Position numbers and translations under genes: made by a program. Shown here in pieces: positions 30,382 through 41,102 of a DNA stretch of 64,000 nt. Positions within the stretch are counted from its first letter, which is position 1, and every line of letters starts with the position of its first letter. The stretch is from an uncultured Verrucomicrobiae bacterium (GTDB lineage: Bacteria; Verrucomicrobiota; Verrucomicrobiia; Chthoniobacterales; Chthoniobacteraceae), in NCBI GenBank assembly GCA_963828525.1, contig CAWHEP010000016.1:21959-85958 (forward strand). The letters run 5' to 3'. The notes below the pieces were generated by a model. The model had not been told where the DNA came from and made no database searches. It was given only the letters and a program-made list of their open reading frames with translations.

Positions 30382-31113
30382 ATGCGTCTGGGCGTTAACA
30401 TCGATCATGTGGCCACGTTGCGGCAGACGCGCTACGCGGCCTCCCCGGAATCAGAAAACCGCGAGCCGGATTTGGTGACCGCGGCCGGCGCTTGCGAGCG
30501 GGCGGGCGCGCAGGGAATCACGGTGCATCTGCGCGCCGACCGGCGTCATGTGCAGGAAACCGACGTGGAGCGCTTGCGCCAGAGCGTGATCACGAAGCTG
30601 AATCTCGAGATGGGCAACACGCCTGAAATTTTAGAAATCGCCCTTCGCGTTCTTCCTGAGGATGTTTGCCTCGTTCCGGAAAATCGCCGCGAGATCACCA
30701 CGGAGGGCGGCCTGAACGCCGCGGCGAGTATAAAGCAGCTTCAACCCACCGTGCGACGCCTTCAGATCGCGGGTATTCGCGTCAGCTTATTCATAGAAGC
30801 CGACCCCGCGCAGATTGACGCCGCGAAGCAACTCGGCGCGGACGCCGTCGAACTCCACACTGGCGCGTTTGCTAACGCGACCGGCAAGGAAAAGGTAGAG
30901 GAGTTGCGCAGGCTCACCGGAGCTTCAGCCTACGCTCATAAGGCGGGACTTCTCGTGAATGCCGGGCACGGGATCAACTACGCCAACGCCCGTAAAATCT
31001 GTTCGATCCCTCATCTGGAGGAGTTGAACATTGGGCATTCAATCATATCGCGCGCCATCTTCGTCGGGTTGGACACGGCCGTTGCCGAGATGCTCGCGCT
31101 TCTCGGCGAGTAA
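30382..31113 (+). CDS. pdxJ: Pyridoxine 5'-phosphate synthase
   Basis: LGVNIDHVATLRQ, ITVHLRADRRH, TTEGGL, ELHTG, NAGHG, ELNIGHSII. Confidence 0.97.
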   Translation: MRLGVNIDHVATLRQTRYAASPESENREPDLVTAAGACERAGAQGITVHLRADRRHVQETDVERLRQSVITKLNLEMGNTPEILEIALRVLPEDVCLVPENRREITTEGGLNAAASIKQLQPTVRRLQIAGIRVSLFIEADPAQIDAAKQLGADAVELHTGAFANATGKEKVEELRRLTGASAYAHKAGLLVNAGHGINYANARKICSIPHLEELNIGHSIISRAIFVGLDTAVAEMLALLGE

Positions 31114-31114
31114 A

Positions 31115-31333
31115 CTACGGAGTCGCGGTGGGAATAGGGGAGGGGATAGCCGGAATTGGCGTCGTCGCGGGCAGGGGCGAATCGGCTGGGGTCGTCATCG
31201 CTGTCGGCTCCGGCGAGGGTCCTGAGTTTACGGGAGTTTTATCCTGCGATTCAGCATCATTCCTTGGACAGCCGAGAAGTGAAACTGCGATAGCGGGGAT
31301 CAGGAGAAAAGCGAAAACACGGAGGTTATTCAT
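31115..31333 (-). CDS. Small Pro/Thr-rich putative lipoprotein
   Basis: Signal peptide with lipobox SLLGC; PT-rich low-complexity tail. Confidence 0.6.
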   Translation of the reverse strand: MNNLRVFAFLLIPAIAVSLLGCPRNDAESQDKTPVNSGPSPEPTAMTTPADSPLPATTPIPAIPSPIPTATP

Positions 31334-31443
31334 ACCTCATATTCGAGGAACGGAGGCCACTCTGCCGTGAAAACGGAGATTTATTTTACATTTCGATGAA
31401 TATTTATTGACGCTGTTTGCTGGACGATGATAAATTCGTTCGC

Positions 31444-32055
31444 ATGAAGATACTTCTTTCCCTCCTCCTGTGTTTTCTGTTCCTGAACGCCGAGACCAAC
31501 GCGCAACAGAGTAATATCGCCAGTAATGGAGGGCCAAATTACGGCTCTCTGGGTAACTTGAATGGAACCTACGCGGGGGTGTTAACACCTTCGACGGGTT
31601 CTCCGACGAATGCTCTGGGTCTCTTCGACCTTGTTCTGAAGACGACTGGAATCGGGGTTGGCAGCTTTCTGGTGTTCGAGAACGGTCTTAGCTTCAGCGG
31701 CACCATAGACGCGATAGGCGATCCTACCACCTTCTCCATTAAGGGAATTCTGCAGGCGGGGTTCTTTCAGACCTTTCCGTTCATTAACATTTTCGGCGTG
31801 CAAAGTTTCTCACAACAGGAGATCGCGACAGCAAATGGCGCGCTGACCGCTTCTGCAGCTGCAAGTCAGTCCGCCGGTGGAAGCGCCTTTGGCACCGCCC
31901 TGACTGGCACCGCGACCGTAAGTGTAGTGGCTATCAACGGCAATTTTTTCAACAGTAACATAGACTTGGTGAAGGGCACGCAAACCTTCATTGTGGACGG
32001 TTTCCAGCAATCCGCTTCCCAAACCTCGTTGCAGAACGTCGTGACGGGGACTTAA
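31444..32055 (+). CDS. Secreted hypothetical protein (Gly/Thr/Ser-rich, beta-type)
   Basis: Signal peptide MKILLSLLLCFLFLNAETNA; AT-rich promoter-like region upstream. Confidence 0.7.
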   Translation: MKILLSLLLCFLFLNAETNAQQSNIASNGGPNYGSLGNLNGTYAGVLTPSTGSPTNALGLFDLVLKTTGIGVGSFLVFENGLSFSGTIDAIGDPTTFSIKGILQAGFFQTFPFINIFGVQSFSQQEIATANGALTASAAASQSAGGSAFGTALTGTATVSVVAINGNFFNSNIDLVKGTQTFIVDGFQQSASQTSLQNVVTGT

Positions 32056-32126
32056 GAATTGACGCCCTGGTGGCTCCGGGGCCACCCGGTGCCGGTCGAC
32101 CTGTCCCCCGCAGTCTCGGTGACGAG

Positions 32127-32657
32127 ATGAAGGTGCATCAAAACGATCGCGGTCTGACTTTGTTGGAACTGCTGACGGTTCTGGTAGTCGTTGCCATCCT
32201 CATATTGATGATCATACCCGCCCTGGCGAGTATGAAAAATCGCGCTGAGAAATTCACCTGTATGGCGCGTCTGCGCGGCCTCTTTACAGGAGCGAATGCC
32301 TATGTGCAGCAGTATGGATACTGGCCCCAAGTTGATCGATCGCTGGCCGGGACACAATCGAAGCTCTACTACGAGAAGTGGATCGAGGCCTTCCTGCCTT
32401 TTGGAATCACCCGGGAGGGCTGGGTGTGCCCATCCATCCAGAGAGAGATGGGAAATCCAAACCTCGACGACCCATCCAACTACCGTAGCGATTACGCGCC
32501 TATGGTTTTTGACGCAAAGCCTAACACCCCTTACCGGTGGCCCACTATGCCGTGGTTCGTTGAGAAGGGGGATATCCACGGCACGGGAAATCTCGTTGTC
32601 CTGACGAACGGCTCGATTGAAGATGTGGATACACTTAAAAGCCAGGTTGGCCACTGA
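32127..32657 (+). CDS. Prepilin-type N-terminal cleavage/methylation domain protein
   Basis: RG|LTLLELLTVLVVVAIL class III signal; C..RL, CPS and HGTGNLVVLTNG motifs resembling PVC pilin-like proteins. Confidence 0.82.
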   Translation: MKVHQNDRGLTLLELLTVLVVVAILILMIIPALASMKNRAEKFTCMARLRGLFTGANAYVQQYGYWPQVDRSLAGTQSKLYYEKWIEAFLPFGITREGWVCPSIQREMGNPNLDDPSNYRSDYAPMVFDAKPNTPYRWPTMPWFVEKGDIHGTGNLVVLTNGSIEDVDTLKSQVGH

Positions 32658-32672
32658 GCGCGCGCCCTCTTT

Positions 32673-33257
32673 TCATCGGTCAGTGGTCAGAAAAAAGAGA
32701 AGCTGGCCAATCGCCGCCGCGCGATGACTTGATCGGTTCTTTATCTCTGGGGGCAGTTCCGCGTAGGTAAGATCGTAGCCGCAAGGGATAAACAGAGAGT
32801 CATAGCCAAAGCCGTGGCTGCCTCTCTCGGATTCTGAGATCCACCCCTCCACCAAACCGTTGAATGTGGCAATAGAAATGCCGTTCTCCGCCAGGGCGAG
32901 AACACAGCGAAACCTGGCGGCGCGGTCGGGTGCGTTACCCAGCTTTCTCAGAAGGCGCTCCCTGTTGGCTCTGTCATTCGCTCTCTCGCCAGCATAGCGA
33001 GCAGAGCGCACCCCCGGCGCGCCTCCCAGGGCATCCACTTCGAGCCCGGAGTCGTCAGCGACGACCAGCCCAGGGAAGTGGCGAGAGGCGGCGACAGCTT
33101 TAAGAATTGCGTTCTCTTCGAAGGTTGCCCCGCTTTCAACCGTCTCAGGGATTCCGGCCCGTTCAGTTAGATCGTCTATCTCAAAATCAGAGCCAAGAAG
33201 CTCGCGCAATTCACAGGTCTTGTTTGCATTGCGAGTCGCGATGAGGAGTTTTTTCAT
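32673..33257 (-). CDS. rdgB: Non-canonical purine NTP pyrophosphatase (RdgB/HAM1)
   Basis: ATRNANK, TFEENAILKA, ADDSGLEVDALGGAPGVRSARYAG, GFGYDSLF, KNRSSHR. Confidence 0.95.
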   Translation of the reverse strand: MKKLLIATRNANKTCELRELLGSDFEIDDLTERAGIPETVESGATFEENAILKAVAASRHFPGLVVADDSGLEVDALGGAPGVRSARYAGERANDRANRERLLRKLGNAPDRAARFRCVLALAENGISIATFNGLVEGWISESERGSHGFGYDSLFIPCGYDLTYAELPPEIKNRSSHRAAAIGQLLFFLTTDR

Positions 33258-33326
33258 GAGGTAAATTGTTAGGCGCGCTTTCGCCCTTGTGAGGGAGTGG
33301 ATTTCGATTAACCTCCGAGGGAAGAC

Positions 33327-33398
33327 ACACGCTTAGCTCAGTGGTAGAGCGGCTCCTTTACACGGAGCGGGTCGGGGGTTCAAATCCCTCAGCGTGTA
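33327..33398 (+). tRNA. tRNA-Val (TAC)
   Basis: ACACGCT/AGCGTGT acceptor stem, TAGCTCAGTGGTAGAGC D arm, GCTCC-TTTACAC-GGAGC anticodon arm, GTTCAAATC T loop. Confidence 0.96.
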
Positions 33399-33405
33399 TT
33401 TAGGT

Positions 33406-34221
33406 TCAGACCGAGCGACGACGCCGGTGCTCAAGGATCAACAAACCCGCGAGCGCGAACATCCCTCCGCTCCAAGACGCTGGTTCTGGAATGGCAACCT
33501 CTATCTGCGAAGCATATTCGCTCAACTGGACAAAGTAGGAACCTGCGAATCGTCAACCGCCTCGTTTATTTCGGCCAGCATCCATTTGCCGGAGGCAGTG
33601 TCGTATATGAAGTCACCGCCGCCTGAATCCCCGGAAACCAACTGCGCGGTGTTCGTGACACTGGAAGACCCCGCGGAAGTTGTTGCGAAGGCGGTGCTGA
33701 AATCCCTGCTCGTGTAGCCGCTGACTTGCGCGACCACTTCCACTTTGGTCACGGTATCATAGCCCCATGTCTCTCCTTGTCCCCCTCCAAAACCTATCAT
33801 GGCAACAGAGTCACCCGTTTGGCGGTCCGAAAACGGGATTAGGGCGGCGGTCGCTATGGCCAGAGGAGCGAGATTGGGCGTTCCCGTGATCTGGAACAGC
33901 GCTGAGATCTATGGTGCCACTCGAATCTTGAAATCCAACTGCGGAATTCGCGGCAGGGGAATAGGCGGTTTCCCCGAGGGTGAACGTGTGCGGGCCGACA
34001 TGCCCGGCGGTCAGAACCCACGAATTGCCCATGTAAACACCGCTGGCGCTTCCTGCTTGTCCAACATAGTCCCATCCAGTGGTTCCAACGGACGGCCATC
34101 CAGCAGTCCAGCCCGGGATGTCTGCATTCGTGGGCGCAGTGGCATTGAAACCGCCATTGTTCTCCACAGCCAGCGCGCGAGAAGCGAGGATCAGGACAGA
34201 AATAGCCATGACGGCTCGCAC
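33406..34221 (-). CDS. Trypsin-like serine protease with PEP-CTERM sorting tail (frameshifts near 33900 and 33546)
   Basis: Signal peptide; WVLTAGH, IDL, GDSGGG triad motifs; corrected tail GSYFVQLSEYASQIEVAIPEPASWSGGMFALAGLLILEHRRRRSV*. Confidence 0.8.
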
Positions 34222-34236
34222 GAGTGTTGTAGACGC

Positions 34237-34491
34237 TTACTTTTGATGCTCAACGACGTAATCGTGAATGGTGTTCACTGTAGCGAGCGCGTTTCGTGCC
34301 ACCTCAGAATTCGGCACTGTAACGCCGAATTTTTTCTCCAACGAGACGACGAGTTCAAGCGCGTCAATGGAGTCCAACCCCAATCCTTCCGCCCCGAATA
34401 GCGGCAGGTCATCTGAGATTTCCTCTTTTGGCACCTTCAACATCAAATTTTCAACCATCATCACCTTGATGGTGTCGCGTAAATCTTCCAT
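34237..34491 (-). CDS. Acyl carrier protein
   Basis: 84 aa, acidic; GLGLDSIDALE phosphopantetheine attachment motif. Confidence 0.9.
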   Translation of the reverse strand: MEDLRDTIKVMMVENLMLKVPKEEISDDLPLFGAEGLGLDSIDALELVVSLEKKFGVTVPNSEVARNALATVNTIHDYVVEHQK

Positions 34492-34561
34492 GGCTTCAGA
34501 TACATGAATACATTGATAAAGCCCGCCTGCAATGGCTAAGCGCGAGGCTGATTGTTCGTTG

Positions 34562-35521
34562 CTATTGAACCGGGCAGCGAAGAGCGATCAGATTTGCCGC
34601 GACGATGAGACCGCCCCCAATCCAGAGCTCCGGGCTGGCCCGTTCGTTCACGTAAGCGATGGCCGACATCCTGGAAAGCCAGGACGGCAGCGCCATTGCA
34701 AAAGCGGTCGCGAATACCGGTTCGAAGCAATACGTCACGGTTGCAGCCGTTGCGCTCACTTCTTTCTGGAAATGGTTCATCAGAGTGAATGGAAGGACGG
34801 TGCAGACGATCGCAAGGACAGCGATGAGAACCCGAGCGGGCGACGGGGCGAAAGCGAGCGAGATGTTTTGCGCGCTTCCCATTGAAATCAAAACGACTGG
34901 CAGTGTGACGGCCGCCACTGTCGTAAACATGATGGCAGTGGTGTATCGCGCGCGATTTCCTGCAAACCCAGGCTGTCCAAGCAGCACGATCTGGAAGGAG
35001 AAAGAGACCGCCCCGAGCAATGTCTCCAGTTCGCCTCGTCCCAGCCGCAAGTTGCCTGGGTTGATGTGGGCCAGCACGGTCACGCCTGCCAGCACGAGAC
35101 AGCAGCAAATCAGCGCAGCCAGGGGAGGCCAGCGCCTCCTCTGCGCGGCCACGATCAGCGGTACGAGCACGCAAGTCGCCTGGGTCAGAAAGGCGGATGT
35201 GGATGCCTGGGTATAATATACGCCATCCATCTGCAGGAGCGTCCCTACGCCGCTGAAAAACCCCAGGCTAAGACCCTGGCGCAGTTCGCATCCTCTCATG
35301 CTTCCAGCGGTGGCCGCGCTGAAAGACAGCATGAGAACGGCAGCCAGACCGAAACGCAGCAAAACCTGGAGTGACGACAGGAACAAACTTCCCGCGGCCG
35401 GCGCCGCGTGAAACTGCGCCAACTCCGCCGCCTTGCAGAGTGGAAAGCTTACACCCCAACAAGCCGTGGCCAGCAACAGCAAACCGGTGGCTGCAAAGGG
35501 AGAAACGCGGGCTGTGCTCAT
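34562..35521 (-). CDS. DMT/EamA-family transporter
   Basis: About 10 TM helices; WGVSF, RFGLAA, TQASTSAFLT, EPVFA. Confidence 0.88.
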   Translation of the reverse strand: MSTARVSPFAATGLLLLATACWGVSFPLCKAAELAQFHAAPAAGSLFLSSLQVLLRFGLAAVLMLSFSAATAGSMRGCELRQGLSLGFFSGVGTLLQMDGVYYTQASTSAFLTQATCVLVPLIVAAQRRRWPPLAALICCCLVLAGVTVLAHINPGNLRLGRGELETLLGAVSFSFQIVLLGQPGFAGNRARYTTAIMFTTVAAVTLPVVLISMGSAQNISLAFAPSPARVLIAVLAIVCTVLPFTLMNHFQKEVSATAATVTYCFEPVFATAFAMALPSWLSRMSAIAYVNERASPELWIGGGLIVAANLIALRCPVQ

Positions 35522-35575
35522 GCGAGGGAACAGACCGTAAGGTGAGCTCCGCTCCCCGCATATCGAAATGCGCGC

Positions 35576-36193
35576 TTATTCAGCCGAGCCCCAGGTCTCC
35601 TTGAGGTATTTCACGCGTCCGGATCCAACGTGGTAGGACTCATAATGCTCGGGATTTTTCAGGTAATATTTCTGGTGGTATTCTTCCGCTGGCCAGAACC
35701 GCGAGGCTGCTACGATTTCGGTGGCGATCGGTTCCGCGAATTTGCCGGACTTGCCAAGGCGCTCTTTAGAAGCTTCTGCCTGCTCTTTCTGCTTCGCGTC
35801 GAGGTAAAAAATCGCCGTTGTGTACTGGTGGGCGATATCAGAGAACTGCCCGTCCGCCTGGGTCGGATTGATATGCTTCCAGAAAACATTCAGCACCTCG
35901 TCGAAGGAGATAACCGAGGGGTCGAACGTCACCTCAATGGACTCCCGGTGGCCCGTCTTTCCCGCGGACACCTGTTCGTACGTCGGGCTCTCCTCCCGAC
36001 CGCCTGTGTAGCCTACGACGGTCGAAACCACACCCTTGACCTTGTCGAATGGCTCCTGCATGCACCAGAAGCACCCGCCGGCAAAAACTGCCTTCTCGAG
36101 GTTCAACGAATCGGCTTTCCCTGCCGCGGCGCTTGCTGGCAACGAAGCGCCACACGAGGCGAGAATCAGGAGGGTTAAGAGTATTTTGTTCAT
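35576..36193 (-). CDS. msrA: Peptide-methionine (S)-S-oxide reductase with signal peptide
   Basis: FAGGCFWC, GYTGG, PTYEQV, GHRE, AEEYHQKYY; N-terminal signal peptide. Confidence 0.95.
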   Translation of the reverse strand: MNKILLTLLILASCGASLPASAAAGKADSLNLEKAVFAGGCFWCMQEPFDKVKGVVSTVVGYTGGREESPTYEQVSAGKTGHRESIEVTFDPSVISFDEVLNVFWKHINPTQADGQFSDIAHQYTTAIFYLDAKQKEQAEASKERLGKSGKFAEPIATEIVAASRFWPAEEYHQKYYLKNPEHYESYHVGSGRVKYLKETWGSAE

Positions 36194-36465
36194 ATGAGAT
36201 GCGAGTCTTTCCGCCAAAGTTTGTTCCATCGTTAATCATTCGCCCCAGCGGGCGAGTTGGATTACACTTCGCAGGTTAAATCCTTCCCCTTGCCGACCGA
36301 TTCGCATTAGCATACCGGAGAATGTCCTGGTGCTCCCCCTTCTCAGCGTCTCGCCTTTATGCCTGGACGATGATAATGAGTCACTCCCCGTCTCAAGAAG
36401 CCACGCGTTCTTGGCTGGTTGCCTAATTCGCGCGCCTCTTCTCCCACAAATCAGCTACATATCCC

Positions 36466-38172
36466 ATGCCACTTGAAGAAACCCGCTCACAATTGCCAAA
36501 TCGCGCATTCTCATCCCAGGTAGTCGATGGCGCGGAGCGAGCGCCGAGTCGGGCGATGCTGCATGCCGTCGGATTCAAGCGGGAGGATTTCAGTAAATCC
36601 CAAGTCGGCATCGCGTCTACCTGGAGCATGGTGACCCCGTGCAACATGCATATCGACCAGCTCGCCCGGGAGGCGGCCGCGGCAGTGGACGCCGCTGGCG
36701 GCAAAGCGGTCATCTTCAACACAATAACCATCTCCGATGGTATTTCCATGGGTACAGAAGGGATGAAGTATTCCCTCGTATCGCGCGAGGTGATCGCCGA
36801 TTCCATCGAGACGGTTGTCGGCTGCGAGGGGTTTGATGGCTTCGTAGCTATCGGAGGATGCGATAAGAACATGCCGGGCTGCCTGATGGCCATGGCGCGG
36901 CTAAATCGACCTTCGATCTTTGTGTATGGGGGCACCATTCTGCCGGGCTGCCTGAACGGGAAGAAGCTGGACATCGTTTCAGTGTTCGAGGCGGTCGGAG
37001 CGCATGCGAACCAAAAAATCGACGATGCGGAACTTGCCAACATCGAGGCTTGCGCGATCCCCGGCGCTGGCTCCTGCGGCGGCATGTACACCGCGAATAC
37101 GATGGCCTCCGCCATTGAAGCGTTGGGAATGAGCCTCCCCAACAGTTCGGCGCAGGACGCCATATCCAGTGCCAAGAGGAGTGACTGCCAGCTTGCCGGC
37201 AAGGCGGTGCTCGCTCTTTTGGAGAAGGGCATCCGGCCTTTGGATATAATGACGCGCAAGGCTTTTGAAAACGCCATCACGCTCTCCATCGCTTTAGGAG
37301 GCTCAACAAACGCGGTGCTCCATTTGCTTGCGATTGCGCACTCGGCGGGTGTGCCGCTTCAGATAGACGACTTCACAGAGATCGGAAAGCGGGTGCCGGT
37401 CCTCGCCGATCTGAAGCCCAGCGGCAAATACCTTATGGCGGAATTGGTCGCGATTGGGGGCGTGACGCCGCTCATGAAAATGCTGTTGGACGCCGATTTG
37501 CTGCACGGGGATTGTATTACTGTCACGGGGAAAACGGTCCGCGAGAACCTGGCGGATGTTAAACCCTACCCACCCGGCCAGACAATCGTCCGGCCCATGG
37601 ACGACCCTGTAAAGCGCGATAGTCACCTGGTGATTTTGTACGGCAATCTCGCGCCTACTGGCGCAGTGGCAAAGATCTCGGGAAAGGAAGGCATGCGCTT
37701 TACCGGCACCGCGCGGGTTTACGACGCGGAGGAACTTGCCCTGGAGCGGATTCTGGATGGCACAGTCAAAAAGGGTGATGTGGTTGTAATTCGGTACGAG
37801 GGCCCGGAGGGGGGGCCTGGCATGCGCGAGATGCTGGCTCCTACCTCCGCCGTAATGGGGAAAGGTCTTGGCAAAGATGTTGCCCTCATCACCGATGGGC
37901 GTTTCTCAGGTGGAAGTCATGGCTTCGTCGTGGGGCACATCACGCCCGAGGCTTTTCGCGGAGGGCCGCTTGCCATCCTGCGTGATGGTGATTGCATCAC
38001 GGTGGACGCGGAGAAACGAACACTGAACGTTGAGCTGTCGCCGGAGGAGATTCAGTCCCGGTTCGCGGGCTGGAAAGCGCCGGCCCGCAGATACACGAGA
38101 GGCGTCCTCGCCAAATACGCGCGCCTGGTCGGGTCCGCCTCTTTCGGCGCTGTCACGGATGCCGGCCTTTGA
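36466..38172 (+). CDS. ilvD: Dihydroxy-acid dehydratase
   Basis: [52 protein letters not shown]. Confidence 0.97.
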   Translation: MPLEETRSQLPNRAFSSQVVDGAERAPSRAMLHAVGFKREDFSKSQVGIASTWSMVTPCNMHIDQLAREAAAAVDAAGGKAVIFNTITISDGISMGTEGMKYSLVSREVIADSIETVVGCEGFDGFVAIGGCDKNMPGCLMAMARLNRPSIFVYGGTILPGCLNGKKLDIVSVFEAVGAHANQKIDDAELANIEACAIPGAGSCGGMYTANTMASAIEALGMSLPNSSAQDAISSAKRSDCQLAGKAVLALLEKGIRPLDIMTRKAFENAITLSIALGGSTNAVLHLLAIAHSAGVPLQIDDFTEIGKRVPVLADLKPSGKYLMAELVAIGGVTPLMKMLLDADLLHGDCITVTGKTVRENLADVKPYPPGQTIVRPMDDPVKRDSHLVILYGNLAPTGAVAKISGKEGMRFTGTARVYDAEELALERILDGTVKKGDVVVIRYEGPEGGPGMREMLAPTSAVMGKGLGKDVALITDGRFSGGSHGFVVGHITPEAFRGGPLAILRDGDCITVDAEKRTLNVELSPEEIQSRFAGWKAPARRYTRGVLAKYARLVGSASFGAVTDAGL

Positions 38173-38210
38173 ATCAAGCGCGCTGCGGTGGCAGAAAAAG
38201 CTGGGCGGCG

Positions 38211-38239
38211 TTGACATCCACTCCACGGCTATTTAATCT
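38211..38239 (+). promoter_or_regulatory. Putative sigma70-type promoter of the pilB-pilT-pilB-pilC operon
   Basis: Consensus TTGACA-17 bp-TAATCT in the intergenic region. Confidence 0.5.
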
Positions 38240-38308
38240 GTCCCGCGAATACTTGCGGAATGAGCTTCGCTCGCTGGAATCGGGCTGCTTTATAATTCCT
38301 TCCCCCTT

Positions 38309-40003
38309 GTGAACAATCAAGACTATGTCCTCGAAATCCTTTTGGATTCCGGCCTTGTAAGCAAGAAACAGGTCGAGAGCGCCCGCGCCGAGGGCAAGGG
38401 CGAGGCGATCATTGAAGCGCTCATCGAGAAGGACGTGCTGTCGGAGGAGGATGTCACCCGCGCTCTGGCCGCCCACGCGACCATGGATTTCGTGGACCTC
38501 GCCCAGATGGCGATCAGTGAAGAAGTCATTACGCTCATCTCCAGCGAGATCGCGAGGCGCTACAGAGTCATTCCCGTCGCTCTGCTGGATACCAGTCTCA
38601 TGGTGGCCATCGGCGACCCGCTGAACTTCGATACTTTCGACAATCTTCGCTATGTCCTGGAACGCGATTTGGACTTTGTTTGCGCGACCCCCAGCCAGAT
38701 AGACACGTGTCTCATCAAATACTACGGCAGCGCCGATGAAGCCGCCGACCGCCTTCGAAAAGAGTTGGGTGATGACATCGAGATTGGCGGCGAGATCACG
38801 ACCTCATCGGAGGGGGAGACCGATTCCGGTGACGCGCCAATCATAAAAATGGTGACGATGCTCCTGCTGGAGGGCTACAAAGCCCGGGCCAGTGATATAC
38901 ACCTTGAACCGCTCGAAAAGCGCTTTCGAGTGCGTTTCCGCGTGGATGGTGTTTTGCACGAAATGCAAAACCCGCCTAAGAAACTTCAGTCAGCCATCGT
39001 CAGCCGCCTGAAGATCATGACGGGTTCGATGAGCATCGCCGAGAAGCGGCTTCCACAGGACGGAAGAATCCAGATCAAGATTGGCAAGAAGTCCATTGAT
39101 CTCCGAGTTTCCACGCTTCCCACGAACCATGGAGAGGGAGTCGTGATGCGAATCCTCGATAAGTCCAGCCTGACTCTGGGGTTGCCGGAACTTGGCTTTC
39201 TCAGCGACGACCAGGAAAAATTCGAGCGACTGATCGCGCTGCCGGACGGGATTCTGCTTGTGACGGGGCCCACCGGCTCTGGTAAGACCACCACCCTTTA
39301 CGCTTGTCTGAACTACATCAACAAGCCGGATCGAAAGATCATAACGGTGGAGGATCCCGTGGAGTACCAGATGAACGGGATCAATCAGGTGCAGGTGAAC
39401 GCCGACATCGGGATGACTTTCCCCGCCGCGCTGCGCTCGATCCTTCGGCAGGCGCCAAACATCATCATGATTGGTGAAATCCGCGATGGTGAGACTGCGA
39501 ACATCGCCATCAACGCGAGTCTTACCGGGCATCTGGTCTTCAGCACTCTGCATACAAATGACGCGCCAAGCGCTGTCGCGCGTCTTGTTGATATCGGCAC
39601 TCAGCCGTTCCTTGTTTCGAGCTCTGTCAGAGCCATCGTGGCGCAACGCCTGGTGCGCAAACTCTGCGCCAAGTGCAAGCAGCCGCACGAACTCACGATG
39701 GCCGAGATGCGCGCCCTGAGAATAGACCCCTCCCAGCTAGGCGACGCAAACGTGATGAAGCCCGTGGGTTGCGATCAGTGCAGGCATCTCGGCTACAAGG
39801 GGCGGATGGGTATTTTCGAAATCCTGCTGATCGATGACGAGACGCGGTTTATGATCAATGACAAGGCTCCCACCATTCACATCCGGAAACGCGCGCGCGA
39901 GTTGGGCATGCGGACTCTGCGAGAGGACGGGGTGAGAAAAGTTCTGGCTGGCATGACGAGCGCGGACGAAGTCATAGCCGCCACCATGGCGGACGCCGAC
40001 TAG
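38309..40003 (+). CDS. PilB/GspE assembly ATPase, paralog 1
   Basis: N-terminal GspE domain; ASDIHLEP, RLPQDGR, GPTGSGKTTT, EDPVEY, LRQAPN, tetracysteine motif. Confidence 0.93.
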   Translation: MNNQDYVLEILLDSGLVSKKQVESARAEGKGEAIIEALIEKDVLSEEDVTRALAAHATMDFVDLAQMAISEEVITLISSEIARRYRVIPVALLDTSLMVAIGDPLNFDTFDNLRYVLERDLDFVCATPSQIDTCLIKYYGSADEAADRLRKELGDDIEIGGEITTSSEGETDSGDAPIIKMVTMLLLEGYKARASDIHLEPLEKRFRVRFRVDGVLHEMQNPPKKLQSAIVSRLKIMTGSMSIAEKRLPQDGRIQIKIGKKSIDLRVSTLPTNHGEGVVMRILDKSSLTLGLPELGFLSDDQEKFERLIALPDGILLVTGPTGSGKTTTLYACLNYINKPDRKIITVEDPVEYQMNGINQVQVNADIGMTFPAALRSILRQAPNIIMIGEIRDGETANIAINASLTGHLVFSTLHTNDAPSAVARLVDIGTQPFLVSSSVRAIVAQRLVRKLCAKCKQPHELTMAEMRALRIDPSQLGDANVMKPVGCDQCRHLGYKGRMGIFEILLIDDETRFMINDKAPTIHIRKRARELGMRTLREDGVRKVLAGMTSADEVIAATMADAD

Positions 40004-40005
40004 TT

Positions 40006-41079
40006 ATGGCGGCCCCGATGGAAGATCTTCTGCGTCTGGTCGTGGAAGAAAACGCATCGGACTTGCATATCACGGTGGGCGCTCCGCCGGCTCTTCGGAT
40101 TCGCGGACACCTTACAAAGCTAGGAATGAGTCCCATCGGCAAGGAAGATGCCGAGGTCCTCGCGCGGGCCATCGCCTCCGAACCTCAGATGCAGTTGGTG
40201 CACGAGACAGGCAGCGTCGATTTCGCGTTCACGTTCAGGGAAGATCGCTTTCGTGTAAGCATTTACCGACAGAAAGGCGTTTTAGGTCTTGCTCTCAGGC
40301 TGATCCCCCGCAGGCTGATGGCGCTGGAAGAGATCGGTTTGCCACCTGCCGTTCGTCCCCTCCTGGATCTTCCTCGTGGCCTTGTCTTGGTGACCGGCCC
40401 CACCGGTTCAGGCAAAAGCACCACGCTTGCCAGCATGCTCAATGTGATTAATGAGCAGAACCGCAGTCACATCATCACAATCGAGGATCCCATTGAGTAC
40501 TTCCACGATCATCGGCGGGGCATCGTGAATCAGCGCGAGGTTGGCATCGATGTACCGAGTTTTGCAGAGGGTCTCCGAAGGGCTCTCAGGCAGGATCCCG
40601 ACGTGATCCTGGTTGGGGAGATGCGCGATCTGGAAACGATGGAGATTGCCATCACCGCCGCCGAGACGGGACATCTCGTTTTCTCCACCTTGCATACCAC
40701 CGGGGCGGCCAGGACCGTGGATCGCATAGTGGACGCCTTTCCCGCTTCCCGCCAGGAACAGATTCGGATCCAGCTTGCCGGCAATTTGAAAGCGGTCATC
40801 TCCCAGCTCCTGCTGCCGCGCGCCGACAATAAAGGGCGGGTTGCCGCGTTTGAGTTGATGATCTCAACGCCTTCCATCTCCACGCTTATTCGGGACAATA
40901 AAACATTCCGCATCAGCAATGATATCCAGACCGGCACGAAGTTCGGGATGGTGACTCTGGAGGCTTTCCTGGTGGACCTGTATGCGCGCAAGCTCATCAC
41001 CCACGAGGAGATGATGGGCAAGGCTCAGGACCCCCAAGCGATAAATCAGTTGCTCGGCGCAGTGCCGGGAACACGCTAG
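40006..41079 (+). CDS. pilT: Type IV pilus retraction ATPase PilT
   Basis: ASDLHI, GPTGSGKSTT, EDPIEY, ALRQDPDVILVGEMRD, AAETGHLVFSTLHT. Confidence 0.93.
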   Translation: MAAPMEDLLRLVVEENASDLHITVGAPPALRIRGHLTKLGMSPIGKEDAEVLARAIASEPQMQLVHETGSVDFAFTFREDRFRVSIYRQKGVLGLALRLIPRRLMALEEIGLPPAVRPLLDLPRGLVLVTGPTGSGKSTTLASMLNVINEQNRSHIITIEDPIEYFHDHRRGIVNQREVGIDVPSFAEGLRRALRQDPDVILVGEMRDLETMEIAITAAETGHLVFSTLHTTGAARTVDRIVDAFPASRQEQIRIQLAGNLKAVISQLLLPRADNKGRVAAFELMISTPSISTLIRDNKTFRISNDIQTGTKFGMVTLEAFLVDLYARKLITHEEMMGKAQDPQAINQLLGAVPGTR

Positions 41080-41102
41080 AACATGTTAAACTAGATCAAA
41101 CG

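Noticed and set aside
25264..31417. Repeated 11-mer TTGACGCTGTT on both sides of the WXG100 operon
   Set aside because: Too short to be significant in 64 kb; may simply be -35-like promoter sequence.
25124..33398. Genomic island bounded by tRNA-Leu and tRNA-Val
   Set aside because: No integrase, no duplicated tRNA 3' end, both tRNAs point away from the interval, and it contains the housekeeping genes pdxJ and rdgB.
36322..36426. 34-codon ORF upstream of ilvD as an attenuator leader peptide
   Set aside because: Not enriched in Ile/Leu/Val codons and no clear terminator/antiterminator follows.
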